This document shows, piece after piece, positions 30,268 to 38,482 of a stretch of 41,303 nucleotides of DNA; within the stretch, counting starts at the first letter, position 1; every line of letters begins with the position of its first letter. The position numbers were made by a program, and so were the translations under genes. The notes beneath the pieces were generated by a model. That model saw nothing but the letters and a program-made list of their open reading frames with translations. It searched no databases and was not told the DNA's origin. The DNA is from Candidatus Uhrbacteria bacterium RIFOXYB12_FULL_58_10 (GTDB taxonomy: Bacteria; Patescibacteriota; Patescibacteriia; UBA9934; GWF2-40-263): positions 1 through 41,303 of the forward strand of contig CALRBH010000007.1 in NCBI GenBank assembly GCA_943354165.1, read 5' to 3'.

Positions 30268-30479
30268 ATGTTAGCTAACGGGGATTATTGTATACTAGCC
30301 TCAAGTTCTCGGAAAAAAGACGAAGTAAACATGTAACGACCAGTTCCAGGGTTGGGGCTGGTCTTCGTGTTTTCGGAGAACGCGTAAGGACCATTTGGCA
30401 ATGGTGTATAATGTCTTAGATATGACACGGCAGGAAACCTGCCGTACATAATGGTACACAGACTACGGTTGTACGCTTC

Positions 30480-31055
30480 ATGATATTTTCCGGAATGGTC
30501 TGGCGGCTCAGCATAGAGCTGTTCATTCCCGTGATGGCGCTGTTTGTGGTTTCCAGGATCGAAGGCGGCGGTCCAGTGGTGGTAGGAATTTCTGCCATGA
30601 TCGCCTTGCTGACTAAGAGCCTATTCCAGATTCCCGCCGCGGCGATCGCAGACAAGATCGATGGGGAATTCGACGACTTCTGGATGATGTTTCTCTCCGC
30701 CCTCCTGAGTTCACTCTTTCCGCTGCTCCTGCTTTATGTCGAAACACCAACCGGGCTTTACGCCGTACAGTTTGCGACCTCCGCAAGCCTTGCGTTCTCC
30801 TACCCGACGTTCATGGCGATCATGACCAGGCACATACCTCCCAAGAAGGTGGGAACCATCTGGGGGACCTATTTCACGCTTACGGACGTCGCCGGAGCCA
30901 TTGGGGCGGCCCTCGGCGGACTTATTGCGGTCACGTATGGTTTCGATACGCTCATTATGCTCGTGAGCGGGATTGGCGTTGCATCTGCGTTCCTGTATAT
31001 TCCCATTTACCACTTCATGAAGCACGCAAAAAAAAGAGCCCCAGGTCGGGGCTAA
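30480..31055 (+). CDS. Half-size (about 6 TM) MFS-like protein; start uncertain
   Basis: Hydrophobic helices, QIPAAAIADK, GAAIGG-like GAALGG motif; 191 aa. Confidence 0.75.
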   Translation: MIFSGMVWRLSIELFIPVMALFVVSRIEGGGPVVVGISAMIALLTKSLFQIPAAAIADKIDGEFDDFWMMFLSALLSSLFPLLLLYVETPTGLYAVQFATSASLAFSYPTFMAIMTRHIPPKKVGTIWGTYFTLTDVAGAIGAALGGLIAVTYGFDTLIMLVSGIGVASAFLYIPIYHFMKHAKKRAPGRG

Positions 31056-31075
31056 TGAGGCGTGGAGTGAGAAGG

Positions 31076-31261
31076 TCACTCCTTGGGCAGGGCTGAGCGA
31101 AGCGCGTTCTCGATGGAGTCCGTGGGGACGTGCTGGATGTCCATCGGCACAAGGTCGGGGTCCGTACGGTCCCCGGGAGCGAATCCGTCTACGTCTGAAA
31201 AATCCTGTTCCTCCACAGGAGGGGTTGCGGGTTTGGGCGGCTTTGGACCTTCTGTCGTCAT
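31076..31261 (-). CDS. Small acidic Pro-rich hypothetical protein
   Basis: 61 aa; SD AGGAG upstream; fills the intergenic gap. Confidence 0.5.
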   Translation of the reverse strand: MTTEGPKPPKPATPPVEEQDFSDVDGFAPGDRTDPDLVPMDIQHVPTDSIENALRSALPKE

Positions 31262-31325
31262 TCAATCTCCTGAACGAGTGCTGAAGGAACATGCAGGGAA
31301 CATGGAGGGCTGTCTAGATATCAAT

Positions 31326-31985
31326 ATGCCAAAACGAACCATTCTTCATACGACAGTCGAATTTATCGCGGTTTTCGGGTTTTTCATCGGCATGGGATTC
31401 CTGGCAATGCCGTTGCTTGAAATCATTTCCACGTATCCGTGGTGGGCCGCAATCATCCTTGGACTCGCGGTGCTCGGATATCTCGCCGCCGATTTCTTTT
31501 CCGGATTCGTGCATTTCATGGGCGACTCCTTCTTTCACGAGTCTACGCCAATTATCGGGAACGCATTCATTTCACCATTCCGCGAGCACCACACGGATCC
31601 TGAGGCCATAACGAGGCATGATTTTGTAGAAACGAACGGAAACAATTGTCTTGCATCTATCTTGATATTGCCGATCGCGTTCCTGTTGCTCCCTCTGTAC
31701 CCGCTCGTATCCGCCTTCATCTTCTTTTTTCTCCTGAGTATCTTCGCCACAAATCAGTTCCACAAGTGGGCACATCAAAAGCACCCGAACCAAACGGTCC
31801 AGGTGCTTCAGAAGCTCGGTCTTATTCTTTCGCCAAAGCGTCACGTCCTCCACCACACGCCTCCGTATCACAGCGATTTCTGCATTACGGTAGGCTGGCT
31901 AAATCCCGTGCTCAATCGTCTGAAGTTCTTTCCGACCGCTCATCGAATCCTTTCGATGGTACTACCGAACGATTCCTCGTATTAA
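31326..31985 (+). CDS. CarF/TMEM189 (PEDS1/Kua) family lipid desaturase
   Basis: ADFFSGFVH, FREHH, ITRHDFVETNGNNC, NQFHKWAH, HVLHH, FCITVGWLN; start placed at ATG 31326. Confidence 0.85.
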   Translation: MPKRTILHTTVEFIAVFGFFIGMGFLAMPLLEIISTYPWWAAIILGLAVLGYLAADFFSGFVHFMGDSFFHESTPIIGNAFISPFREHHTDPEAITRHDFVETNGNNCLASILILPIAFLLLPLYPLVSAFIFFFLLSIFATNQFHKWAHQKHPNQTVQVLQKLGLILSPKRHVLHHTPPYHSDFCITVGWLNPVLNRLKFFPTAHRILSMVLPNDSSY

Positions 31986-32212
31986 TTCTTGGTAGCGGCA
32001 CCTAGGCAAGGAGCGAATTCGCACTTCGGACCGCCACGGCCTACGTAGCTGCCATCAGGACACTGTTTCGCTTCCATTGTGCAGGCAACCATCCCAGGAG
32101 CTTCTAAACCCTCTGGTGCGGCAGGCGACATAAAGGTTTTCACGGAATACACAACTCCGCCGACGACTACGAGGAGAGCCGTGATGATGAGAGCTATTTT
32201 CGAGGTCGACAT
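31982..32212 (-). CDS. Small membrane-anchored protein with Cys motif
   Basis: N-terminal TM; ACTMEAKQCPDGSYVGRGGPKCEFAPC motif typical of CPR surface proteins. Confidence 0.75.
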   Translation of the reverse strand: MSTSKIALIITALLVVVGGVVYSVKTFMSPAAPEGLEAPGMVACTMEAKQCPDGSYVGRGGPKCEFAPCLGAATKN

Positions 32213-32390
32213 AGCTGGACGATAAAGATGTATTTATGGTTCTGCGGCCCGGTCTCGCTTGGTGTTTTTTAGAGGGCTTTCAGCTGCCTTTAGGATGTGT
32301 GGTTGACCCGTTCCGGTCTGATAGAACCATGGTCCTGGACACGGTTCTCTGGAAGATTGACAGAATCCTGAATTCTGGTATCCTGTAGTT

Positions 32391-32449
32391 ACATTGGCCT
32401 CGCAAGAGGCTCCGAGAATCCTCCGGCTTAGGTCGGGGGATTCGTTTTT
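32391..32449 (+). ncRNA. Candidate antisense sRNA overlapping the 3' end of the PemK toxin
   Basis: TTGACA-N16-TATCCT (extended TGn) at 32357-32384; GCCTC-GCAA-GAGGC GNRA hairpin; 12-bp terminator with +strand G-U pairs then GTTTTT. Confidence 0.55.
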
Positions 32450-32862
32450 ATGAGCGCGACGAATCCTTCGACCAACGGTTGAAACTGTTCGGGGGAAAGA
32501 TTCCCGATTTTTCGAATGAGCCGTTTGGCACTGATTGTTCTTGCCTGCGCTAAAATTGCTTGAGTTTTCACCGCATCATATTTTATTGGCTGATACCAGC
32601 TGCCGACCTTGGATTTGGTCGTCGTTGGTATCACAAAAAGCATGTCCTTGCTAAATTTTCTGACAATGACCACGGGTCGTTCGAAGTGAAAATTTTTCCC
32701 ATTGGTTTCCGATCCAATATTCTCACCTAAACTCGCCCACCAAACTTCTCGTTCATAAAAGTAAAACTCAGGACGATCGGTGAAGTGAATACTGATCTTC
32801 CTGCTCGTCCACGCAAGAAAATGCTGGACGGGATCGAGGATGTCATCAAGGCTCATACGCAC
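32428..32862 (-). CDS. PemK/MazF-family toxin (endoribonuclease), no protein antitoxin visible
   Basis: EREVWWASLGENIGSETNGK, ERPVVIV, VIPTTT, QARTISAKRL. Confidence 0.88.
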   Translation of the reverse strand: MRMSLDDILDPVQHFLAWTSRKISIHFTDRPEFYFYEREVWWASLGENIGSETNGKNFHFERPVVIVRKFSKDMLFVIPTTTKSKVGSWYQPIKYDAVKTQAILAQARTISAKRLIRKIGNLSPEQFQPLVEGFVALIKTNPPT

Positions 32863-32905
32863 CCTATTCTTGTTGCATCGAAATCCGGAGCTACCGAAGT
32901 TAATG

Positions 32906-33492
32906 TCACGGGTTCAATCGAAAAGAATCAACAATTCTTCTGGCCGTTTCCTCAAAGGATGAATCTTCGTATGAGTCGGTAGTGAAGGTTATTTCTACGT
33001 CCGCGTCGGCCCCTTGGGTCGTTGGGATAAAATAATGTTCGTCGAAACGATCGGTAAAAGTTGCGGCACAAAGATAATGGCGGAGAGTAGGTCTATCATC
33101 CGCAGCCAAGCCGCATATCCTTTGCATTGTTTCGTTCTCATCAAACCATTTATTCGATGACGGAAAAACTATACTGACATATCCAGGACCTGGTTCAGGT
33201 GTCCAGGATCCAAATACAACATTTTGGTATGACTCGTTCGCTGGAAACGGATCGTCTTTGCCAACGCGAGACTCAATGATCGGCCAATTTTCTGGATAGG
33301 AGACGGACCAGTGGTATTTTGGATTTTGATATGTCTTGAAGCCTGCCGACAGAGATGTCGAATTCGAAATTGGAGCAGAGCCGGTAGGAGAATTTTCCTG
33401 TTCCGCCATTGACCTTTTTGCCACAAAAATACACCAGCACCTATCCCGACAAGAAGAGTAACCCCTAAGATCAACGCTATTTTTCCTTTCAT
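32906..33492 (-). pseudogene. Frameshifted membrane-anchored PsbP-like surface protein
   Basis: Signal anchor MKGKIALILG...WQK in one frame, KTYQNPKYHWSVSYPENW...IVDSFRL body in another; one extra base in the T5 run (33415-33419) joins them. Confidence 0.6.
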
Positions 33493-33512
33493 ACGATCGT
33501 AATTGTAGCACG

Positions 33513-33552
33513 AAAAAAGCAAAAACCCGGAGTCTTGCGACTTCGGGCTTTT
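33513..33552. terminator. Bidirectional terminator
   Basis: AAAAA-CCCGGAGTC-ttgc-GACTTCGGG-cTTTT. Confidence 0.7.
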
Positions 33553-33561
33553 ACTGCACCG

Positions 33562-33587
33562 CACGCCGAAGCCTCGGCGTAGGCGTG
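33562..33587 (-). repeat. REP-like palindrome family B
   Basis: Reverse complement CACGCCTACGCCGAGGCTTCGGCGTG shares core with 8779-8798. Confidence 0.6.
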
Positions 33588-33666
33588 GTCACACCCTGTT
33601 CCGGTCTGTAGGAACAGGTCGTGATGGTTCTGAGGTTTGGATTCGAACCACTTACAACAGGGAGTA

Positions 33667-34398
33667 CTATAACGCGAATGCGTCTAGCTCATTCGACATC
33701 AGGTGAAACCAATCACGATAGCCCGCATCACTGGGATGGAAGGAATCGGCGGCATAGTAGACCTTTGGTTGTAAGGCAAACGGGTCCTGGTCACGCTCGC
33801 GAAACAGATCTGTATACCGGACGTTTGGGTTTCCCGCATGAGTGATTTCCGCAAGAAAGATCTCACGAGCCTTGCGTGTTCGGTGGGTAAAGATTGGTCG
33901 GCTCAGGGGAGGGAGAAGTGGGGCAGTCCCCATGTTTCCTGTAGAAGTGACAAGGACGTTCGTGCCCTTGCCTTGTGCGAGGTTCAGAACCGACTTTAGA
34001 CGCGCCCGAAACTCCTCATGCGACGTGAAGTGCGTAATATCGTTCCCGCCTACGTGTACGAGGATTAGGTCAAAGAACTTGGGGTCATTTTTTTTCAGCT
34101 GTTCAATGACGTCCAGCAACCTGGCGCCGCTCACCGACCTATTCACGATGCTGGCGCCGAGGTACTTCTTTCCGACCAACCCAGCGAGTGACTCTTCTGG
34201 TGCCCCAGCCCCAACTCCAGCCCCCGTACTATCGCCGACCATGAGGATACGTTTTCCTCCTTCTGACCCTCCGTGTTCAAAGGGGACCGCTTCTGCCACT
34301 AGCACACGCGCAACGCGAATATGCCCATACGTTCTATAGGCTTGAAACGCAATACAGGCCACAAGAAAGAGAAAAACGATAAGCAAAAACATACGCAT
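33667..34398 (-). CDS. SGNH/GDSL hydrolase, membrane-anchored
   Basis: Block I GDSTGAG, NRSVSGA, block III GGND, block V DSFHPS. Confidence 0.9.
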   Translation of the reverse strand: MRMFLLIVFLFLVACIAFQAYRTYGHIRVARVLVAEAVPFEHGGSEGGKRILMVGDSTGAGVGAGAPEESLAGLVGKKYLGASIVNRSVSGARLLDVIEQLKKNDPKFFDLILVHVGGNDITHFTSHEEFRARLKSVLNLAQGKGTNVLVTSTGNMGTAPLLPPLSRPIFTHRTRKAREIFLAEITHAGNPNVRYTDLFRERDQDPFALQPKVYYAADSFHPSDAGYRDWFHLMSNELDAFAL

Positions 34399-34430
34399 AT
34401 CATGCAGGTTGACTAAAGAGTGAGAAATAC

Positions 34431-34459
34431 TTGCACCTAAGCCACCTCCTTGTTATACT
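34431..34459 (+). promoter_or_regulatory. tRNA-Asn promoter
   Basis: TTGCAC-N17-TATACT with extended TG. Confidence 0.7.
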
Positions 34460-34489
34460 CGCATTCGTTCAATATAGGAACCAATACGT

Positions 34490-34564
34490 TCCGAGGTAGC
34501 TCAGCGGCAGAGCAGTGGACTGTTAATCCATTGGTCGTGGGTTCGAATCCCACCCTCGGAGCCA
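34490..34564 (+). tRNA. tRNA-Asn(GTT)
   Basis: TCCGAGG/CCTCGGA acceptor, GTGGA-ctGTTaa-TCCAT, GGTTCGAATCC, CCA. Confidence 0.97.
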
Positions 34565-34805
34565 TGAGCGACTGTGTCTGGCGACCTAGACACAGTCATT
34601 CAAAAAGCCATCACTTTTGTGGTGGTTTTTTGAATGGTCCAAATTTCCCGTCTTTTTACGAAGGTTTTAGAACAGAACGGTTTATAGACTTGAGTAAAAA
34701 GGCGATTTGCTAGTTGCACAGACCGGCACTCCTTGCGGTTGATGTAAAAAATTTAAAAAAATAGAGAATATTACTAATATGTGGGATAATGTAGTATCAA
34801 TATAT

Positions 34806-35459
34806 ATGAAGAAAAAAACTATGAACATCACATTAATAATTATCGGAGCTGTGTTGGTTGTTTGGTTTTTGTATAGCTGGCTTCCGGTTCGTAATATCGA
34901 AGAGCCGAAGTATACGACCGTGAGCGAGGCCGGTGACTATGAGATACGCGAATACGCAAGCTCTATTATCGCCGAGACAACTATCACCGGGGTCAAAGAC
35001 CGTAGCGATGCCGCAAGCAAGGGCTTTCCCATAATTGCGGGCTTCATCTTTGGTGACAATACCAAAAAAGACAAGATCGCGATGACAGTACCGGTTAATA
35101 CCCAGACAGGTACTTCAGAAAAGATCGCCATGACTGCGCCGGTTAATACCGAAGAAGAAGCCGAGAGCGGCGCATACAGAATCTCTTTTGTCATGCCGAG
35201 CGAATATACGCTTGAGACATTGCCGCGGCCAAATGATACGCGGGTAGGGTTGCGTGAAGTGCCGGCGCGCAAGGTGGCGGTGCGCAGATTTGGCTGGACG
35301 ACCAGTGAGTCAGCTTTCAAAAAACACGAGGCGGAGCTTTTGGAAGCGCTGGCGCGCGATCAGGTGGAGACAGTGGGTGCGGTCAATTCGGCGCGCTACA
35401 ACACGCCGTGGACAATACCGTTTATGCTTAGGAGTGAGGTGCAGGTGGAGGTAAAATAA
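34806..35459 (+). CDS. SOUL heme-binding family protein
   Basis: EEPKY, YEIREY, GFIFGDN, KIAMTAPV, FVMPSEY, ARYNTPW..PFMLRSEV. Confidence 0.88.
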   Translation: MKKKTMNITLIIIGAVLVVWFLYSWLPVRNIEEPKYTTVSEAGDYEIREYASSIIAETTITGVKDRSDAASKGFPIIAGFIFGDNTKKDKIAMTVPVNTQTGTSEKIAMTAPVNTEEEAESGAYRISFVMPSEYTLETLPRPNDTRVGLREVPARKVAVRRFGWTTSESAFKKHEAELLEALARDQVETVGAVNSARYNTPWTIPFMLRSEVQVEVK

Positions 35460-35477
35460 ATTGGTGTACTTATCTCT

Positions 35478-35942
35478 ATGACACCACCATGGATAGATAG
35501 TTTCGGATTGTTTCTGCTCCTTGCCGGTTTTGTCATCGGCCTTGGCGCGGTAACGGTCATTGATATTCATGGCTTTCTCGGACGAAAGTCGTCATACTGG
35601 AGCGAGGCGACCACTCGGACGCATAAAGTGACCAAGCCAATGATCTGGGCTGGGATTTTTCTTTCCGTGGTCGGCGGTTTGATTTTCTACCGCGCGCAAA
35701 GCTTTTCCGGCATTCCCCTCATTCATGCGGCCATCGCGCTCGCCCTCATCCTTAACGGCTATTTTCTGTCTTTTAAGGTCAGTCCTTTTTTACTGAGGCG
35801 AGAGAAAGAGGGTCGGTCGGGTGAACTTTTGCCGGCTTCCTGGCAGAAGAAAATCATGGTGAGTCTCATCGTCTCCGATCTCGGCTGGTGGGGCGGATTG
35901 TTTTTACTGGTCGTCTATCTTGCAGGCCAAAAAGACCTATGA
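35478..35942 (+). CDS. 4-TM hypothetical membrane protein
   Basis: Four hydrophobic segments with His residues; ATGA coupling to the next gene. Confidence 0.75.
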   Translation: MTPPWIDSFGLFLLLAGFVIGLGAVTVIDIHGFLGRKSSYWSEATTRTHKVTKPMIWAGIFLSVVGGLIFYRAQSFSGIPLIHAAIALALILNGYFLSFKVSPFLLRREKEGRSGELLPASWQKKIMVSLIVSDLGWWGGLFLLVVYLAGQKDL

Positions 35943-36451
35943 GAAAAAAGATGATAACAGTGAACGACAAATTCCAGAATGGTTACACATACGAACTCAC
36001 CGCACCGGTGGGACGAAATTTTCATCCCGATTTCAAGCCGGAACTTACGCCAAAGGAAATGCTCGCGCTTGGCGTCTTTGGCGGCAAGTACATGACCGAT
36101 TGCAAGAAAGAGTTTCCGCAAAGTTGGTTTACGCGTGCCAAGCTCTCGCCTGACCATCACGATGACACCGTAAACTTTTTTCATAAGCACGCCAGCCAGC
36201 CTCTCAAAGTTTGGCAAAAAAAAGGATGGATAAATGAAGCGCATGATCCTCGCGGCTGGTTCCAATGGTATTGCCGTTATTATATGGGCAGACGGCTTCC
36301 CGTCGAAGATGAACGTCAGATCAATCGGTGGAAAGCCATTCGTCGGCACATTTCACAAATCAAGAAGAATTGCCGACGGAAAGATCTGACATGCCGCCCC
36401 GCTCAAAGACAGGCGGTCCTGCACTGGGCATATGACAGCCGAAAAATGTAA
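35939..36451 (+). CDS. Conserved uncharacterised protein (FGGKY / DPRGWFQWYCRYY.GRR family)
   Basis: Aromatic- and Arg-rich motifs LTPKEML.LGVFGG, EDERQI.RW, RQAVLHWAY; start at the ATGA overlap. Confidence 0.8.
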   Translation: MRKKMITVNDKFQNGYTYELTAPVGRNFHPDFKPELTPKEMLALGVFGGKYMTDCKKEFPQSWFTRAKLSPDHHDDTVNFFHKHASQPLKVWQKKGWINEAHDPRGWFQWYCRYYMGRRLPVEDERQINRWKAIRRHISQIKKNCRRKDLTCRPAQRQAVLHWAYDSRKM

Positions 36452-36577
36452 CGAGGACTGATGGCTCAAAACCGAGTTCACCACCCGGCCACCGAGCCAA
36501 CATCATCTCAGCAGAAATGCTGGGATTTTGTTATGATGAACAGGTTGTCAAAATAGCTGAATAAGCATACGAACATT

Positions 36578-37432
36578 ATGAAACGCTATAGATACAATTT
36601 CCTCACATTCACCATGCTTGCGGTGTTTTTATGGGCTCCTAGCCTGGCATTCGCACATCAGCCACGCATCGTAGAAAGTAGACAAACCACTGTCATGGAT
36701 CCTGAAATTTCCAAAGCCTATTACGGCAAGCTTTCTGGCGAGGCGGATGTCTATGTCATCAATGCAAGCGAAGCGTTTGACCTCTATGTCAATGTCCTCG
36801 TGCCGGATATCGCCGGGCAGAAGAAAGATGTCTCCGCGGTGGTGCTAAAAGACGAGAAAGAAATCGCCCTCCTCGACGGTACAAATTTTGAATGGAAACA
36901 GTTCTACGAGCCCTTTGGCGCCGACACGTACTGGATGGGACCCGAGTACAAAGCCCGCGCCGAAGCCGGCACCTACGAGATCCGCGTGTCGAGTAGCAAC
37001 AATGACAGCAAGTACTCGCTCGCCATCGGTGAGATAGAGGTATTTGACGGCAAAGAAGGTTTGGGCGCGCTTACGATTATCCCCGAGCTTAAGAAAGACT
37101 TTTTCGACAAATCGCCAATCGACTTTATCGCTTCACCATTCGGCTGGGGTCTTATCGTGGTTATGTATATTCTTGCGTTCATCGTGGGTTTCATCTACCG
37201 CGCGATTTTGAAAAAGTTTGCCGAAAATTCTTCCCGTGGCGTTGCCCGTAACATCGGCAAACCCGACCGCTTGCTCCGCACAATCATCGGCGTAGCATTG
37301 CTTCTCTTAGGCATCACCACCACCTGGAGCCCTATCATCATCTTCTTCTCCGGCTTTGCATTCTTTGAAGCAATATTTAGCTGGTGTGGCTTCTATGCAG
37401 CGATGGGAAAAAACACCTGCCCAGTTGCATAA
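36578..37432 (+). CDS. Exported-domain + DUF2892 (YgaP-like) membrane protein
   Basis: Signal peptide AFA|HQP; C-terminal NIGKPDRLLR...WCGFYAAMGKNTC. Confidence 0.78.
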   Translation: MKRYRYNFLTFTMLAVFLWAPSLAFAHQPRIVESRQTTVMDPEISKAYYGKLSGEADVYVINASEAFDLYVNVLVPDIAGQKKDVSAVVLKDEKEIALLDGTNFEWKQFYEPFGADTYWMGPEYKARAEAGTYEIRVSSSNNDSKYSLAIGEIEVFDGKEGLGALTIIPELKKDFFDKSPIDFIASPFGWGLIVVMYILAFIVGFIYRAILKKFAENSSRGVARNIGKPDRLLRTIIGVALLLLGITTTWSPIIIFFSGFAFFEAIFSWCGFYAAMGKNTCPVA

Positions 37433-37465
37433 GTAATCGCAAGAAGTGCCGTATCATAATTATGT

Positions 37466-37831
37466 ATGATAAAAGTCTTATCAATTTTAATCGGCGTAGT
37501 CAACCTCAATAAGTCAAAACCATTCTATGAAGAAATTCTTGGAATGACCTTCGATGAATTTCGTCCACCGTTTGCTTCTGCAAAGCTTCATGGTATCGAG
37601 TTCAATATTGAAGAAAATGTGGACTATCGTTCCAAAGATTGGGCCGGTAAATATATAGGAGGGCGTAAACAAGTCTCGTTTGAAGTAGATAGCCTAGAAC
37701 AATTTATAGAAAGAGCTAATAGCTATGGCGTAAAAATTGTTCAATCAATTGAGATTAAACCTTGGGATTGGAAAGAAGCTATAATTGCTGATATTGATGG
37801 AAACGAATTTATAATTGAACAGAAAATATGA
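37466..37831 (+). CDS. VOC/glyoxalase family protein
   Basis: V.NL.KSK.FYEEILG, SFEVDSL, PW...A.IADIDGNEF. Confidence 0.82.
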   Translation: MIKVLSILIGVVNLNKSKPFYEEILGMTFDEFRPPFASAKLHGIEFNIEENVDYRSKDWAGKYIGGRKQVSFEVDSLEQFIERANSYGVKIVQSIEIKPWDWKEAIIADIDGNEFIIEQKI

Positions 37832-38208
37832 TTGATTATTCAAAATACAAAATAGTTATCGAAAATCCAAAAGGCTCATACAAATCATTCCAAACAGAAA
37901 GTGATTCTGTTTGGAATTCATATCCTCTCAAAGGTGTAAATTATCCAGTTGATTATGGATATATCGATGGATATAAAGGAGAGGATGGAGCTGAACTTGA
38001 TATTTTTGTTGGGAGTGGAGATAAAAATGGGTATATCAAAGTTTGGAGATTAGATGTACCAGAGGAGACTAAATTTTTTATTAAACTAACTAAGGAAGAA
38101 TTAAAGGAAGTCTTAAATGTTTTTGAACCGGTTTTTTTGAAATATGAAATACTTCAAGGAGAAAATTTTACCCTTGCAATAGAGAAATTTAAAATAAATG
38201 AAAAATAA
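37828..38208 (+). CDS. Inorganic pyrophosphatase-like protein (short)
   Basis: IENPKGS, YPVDYGYI, EDGAELDIFV. Confidence 0.7.
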   Translation: MIDYSKYKIVIENPKGSYKSFQTESDSVWNSYPLKGVNYPVDYGYIDGYKGEDGAELDIFVGSGDKNGYIKVWRLDVPEETKFFIKLTKEELKEVLNVFEPVFLKYEILQGENFTLAIEKFKINEK

Positions 38209-38245
38209 TGATGTAAAGCGGCAAAATACTAAAATGGGTTCTCGG

Positions 38246-38367
38246 GCCATTACCACTTCCTGGAGCCCTATCATCATCTTTTTCTCCGGCTCCGCCTTTT
38301 TTGAAGCGATATTCAGCTAGTGTAGATTCTACGCCGCGATAGGGAAGAATACTTGCCCGTGGAGTAA
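38246..38367 (+). pseudogene. Degenerate copy of the DUF2892 gene 3' end
   Basis: Aligns to 37310-37432 (CCTGGAGCCCTATCATCATCTT identical); TGG>TAG stop and an indel. Confidence 0.8.
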
Positions 38368-38482
38368 TATAAATTTATGGCCAAAGTATCTTTTTCCACT
38401 GAAAGCCGAGGTTCGCAAAAAAAGAATAGTGGTTTTTAAGCAAATGAAGTTTATAATAGAAGTAAGGACTGAAAAAAAATAA

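Noticed and set aside
31083-31325. 81-aa N-terminal extension of the desaturase ORF
   Set aside because: It starts at TTG, is low-complexity and overlaps an SD-led minus-strand ORF; ATG 31326 fits the family better
33625-33700. A fourth intact tRNA on the minus strand
   Set aside because: Only the T-loop/acceptor 3' part is present, with no D or anticodon arm; kept only as a possible scar
35070-35150. Internal duplication KIAMTVPVNT / KIAMTAPVNT in the SOUL gene
   Set aside because: Repeats of this motif are, to my recollection, common in bacterial SOUL proteins and not unusual
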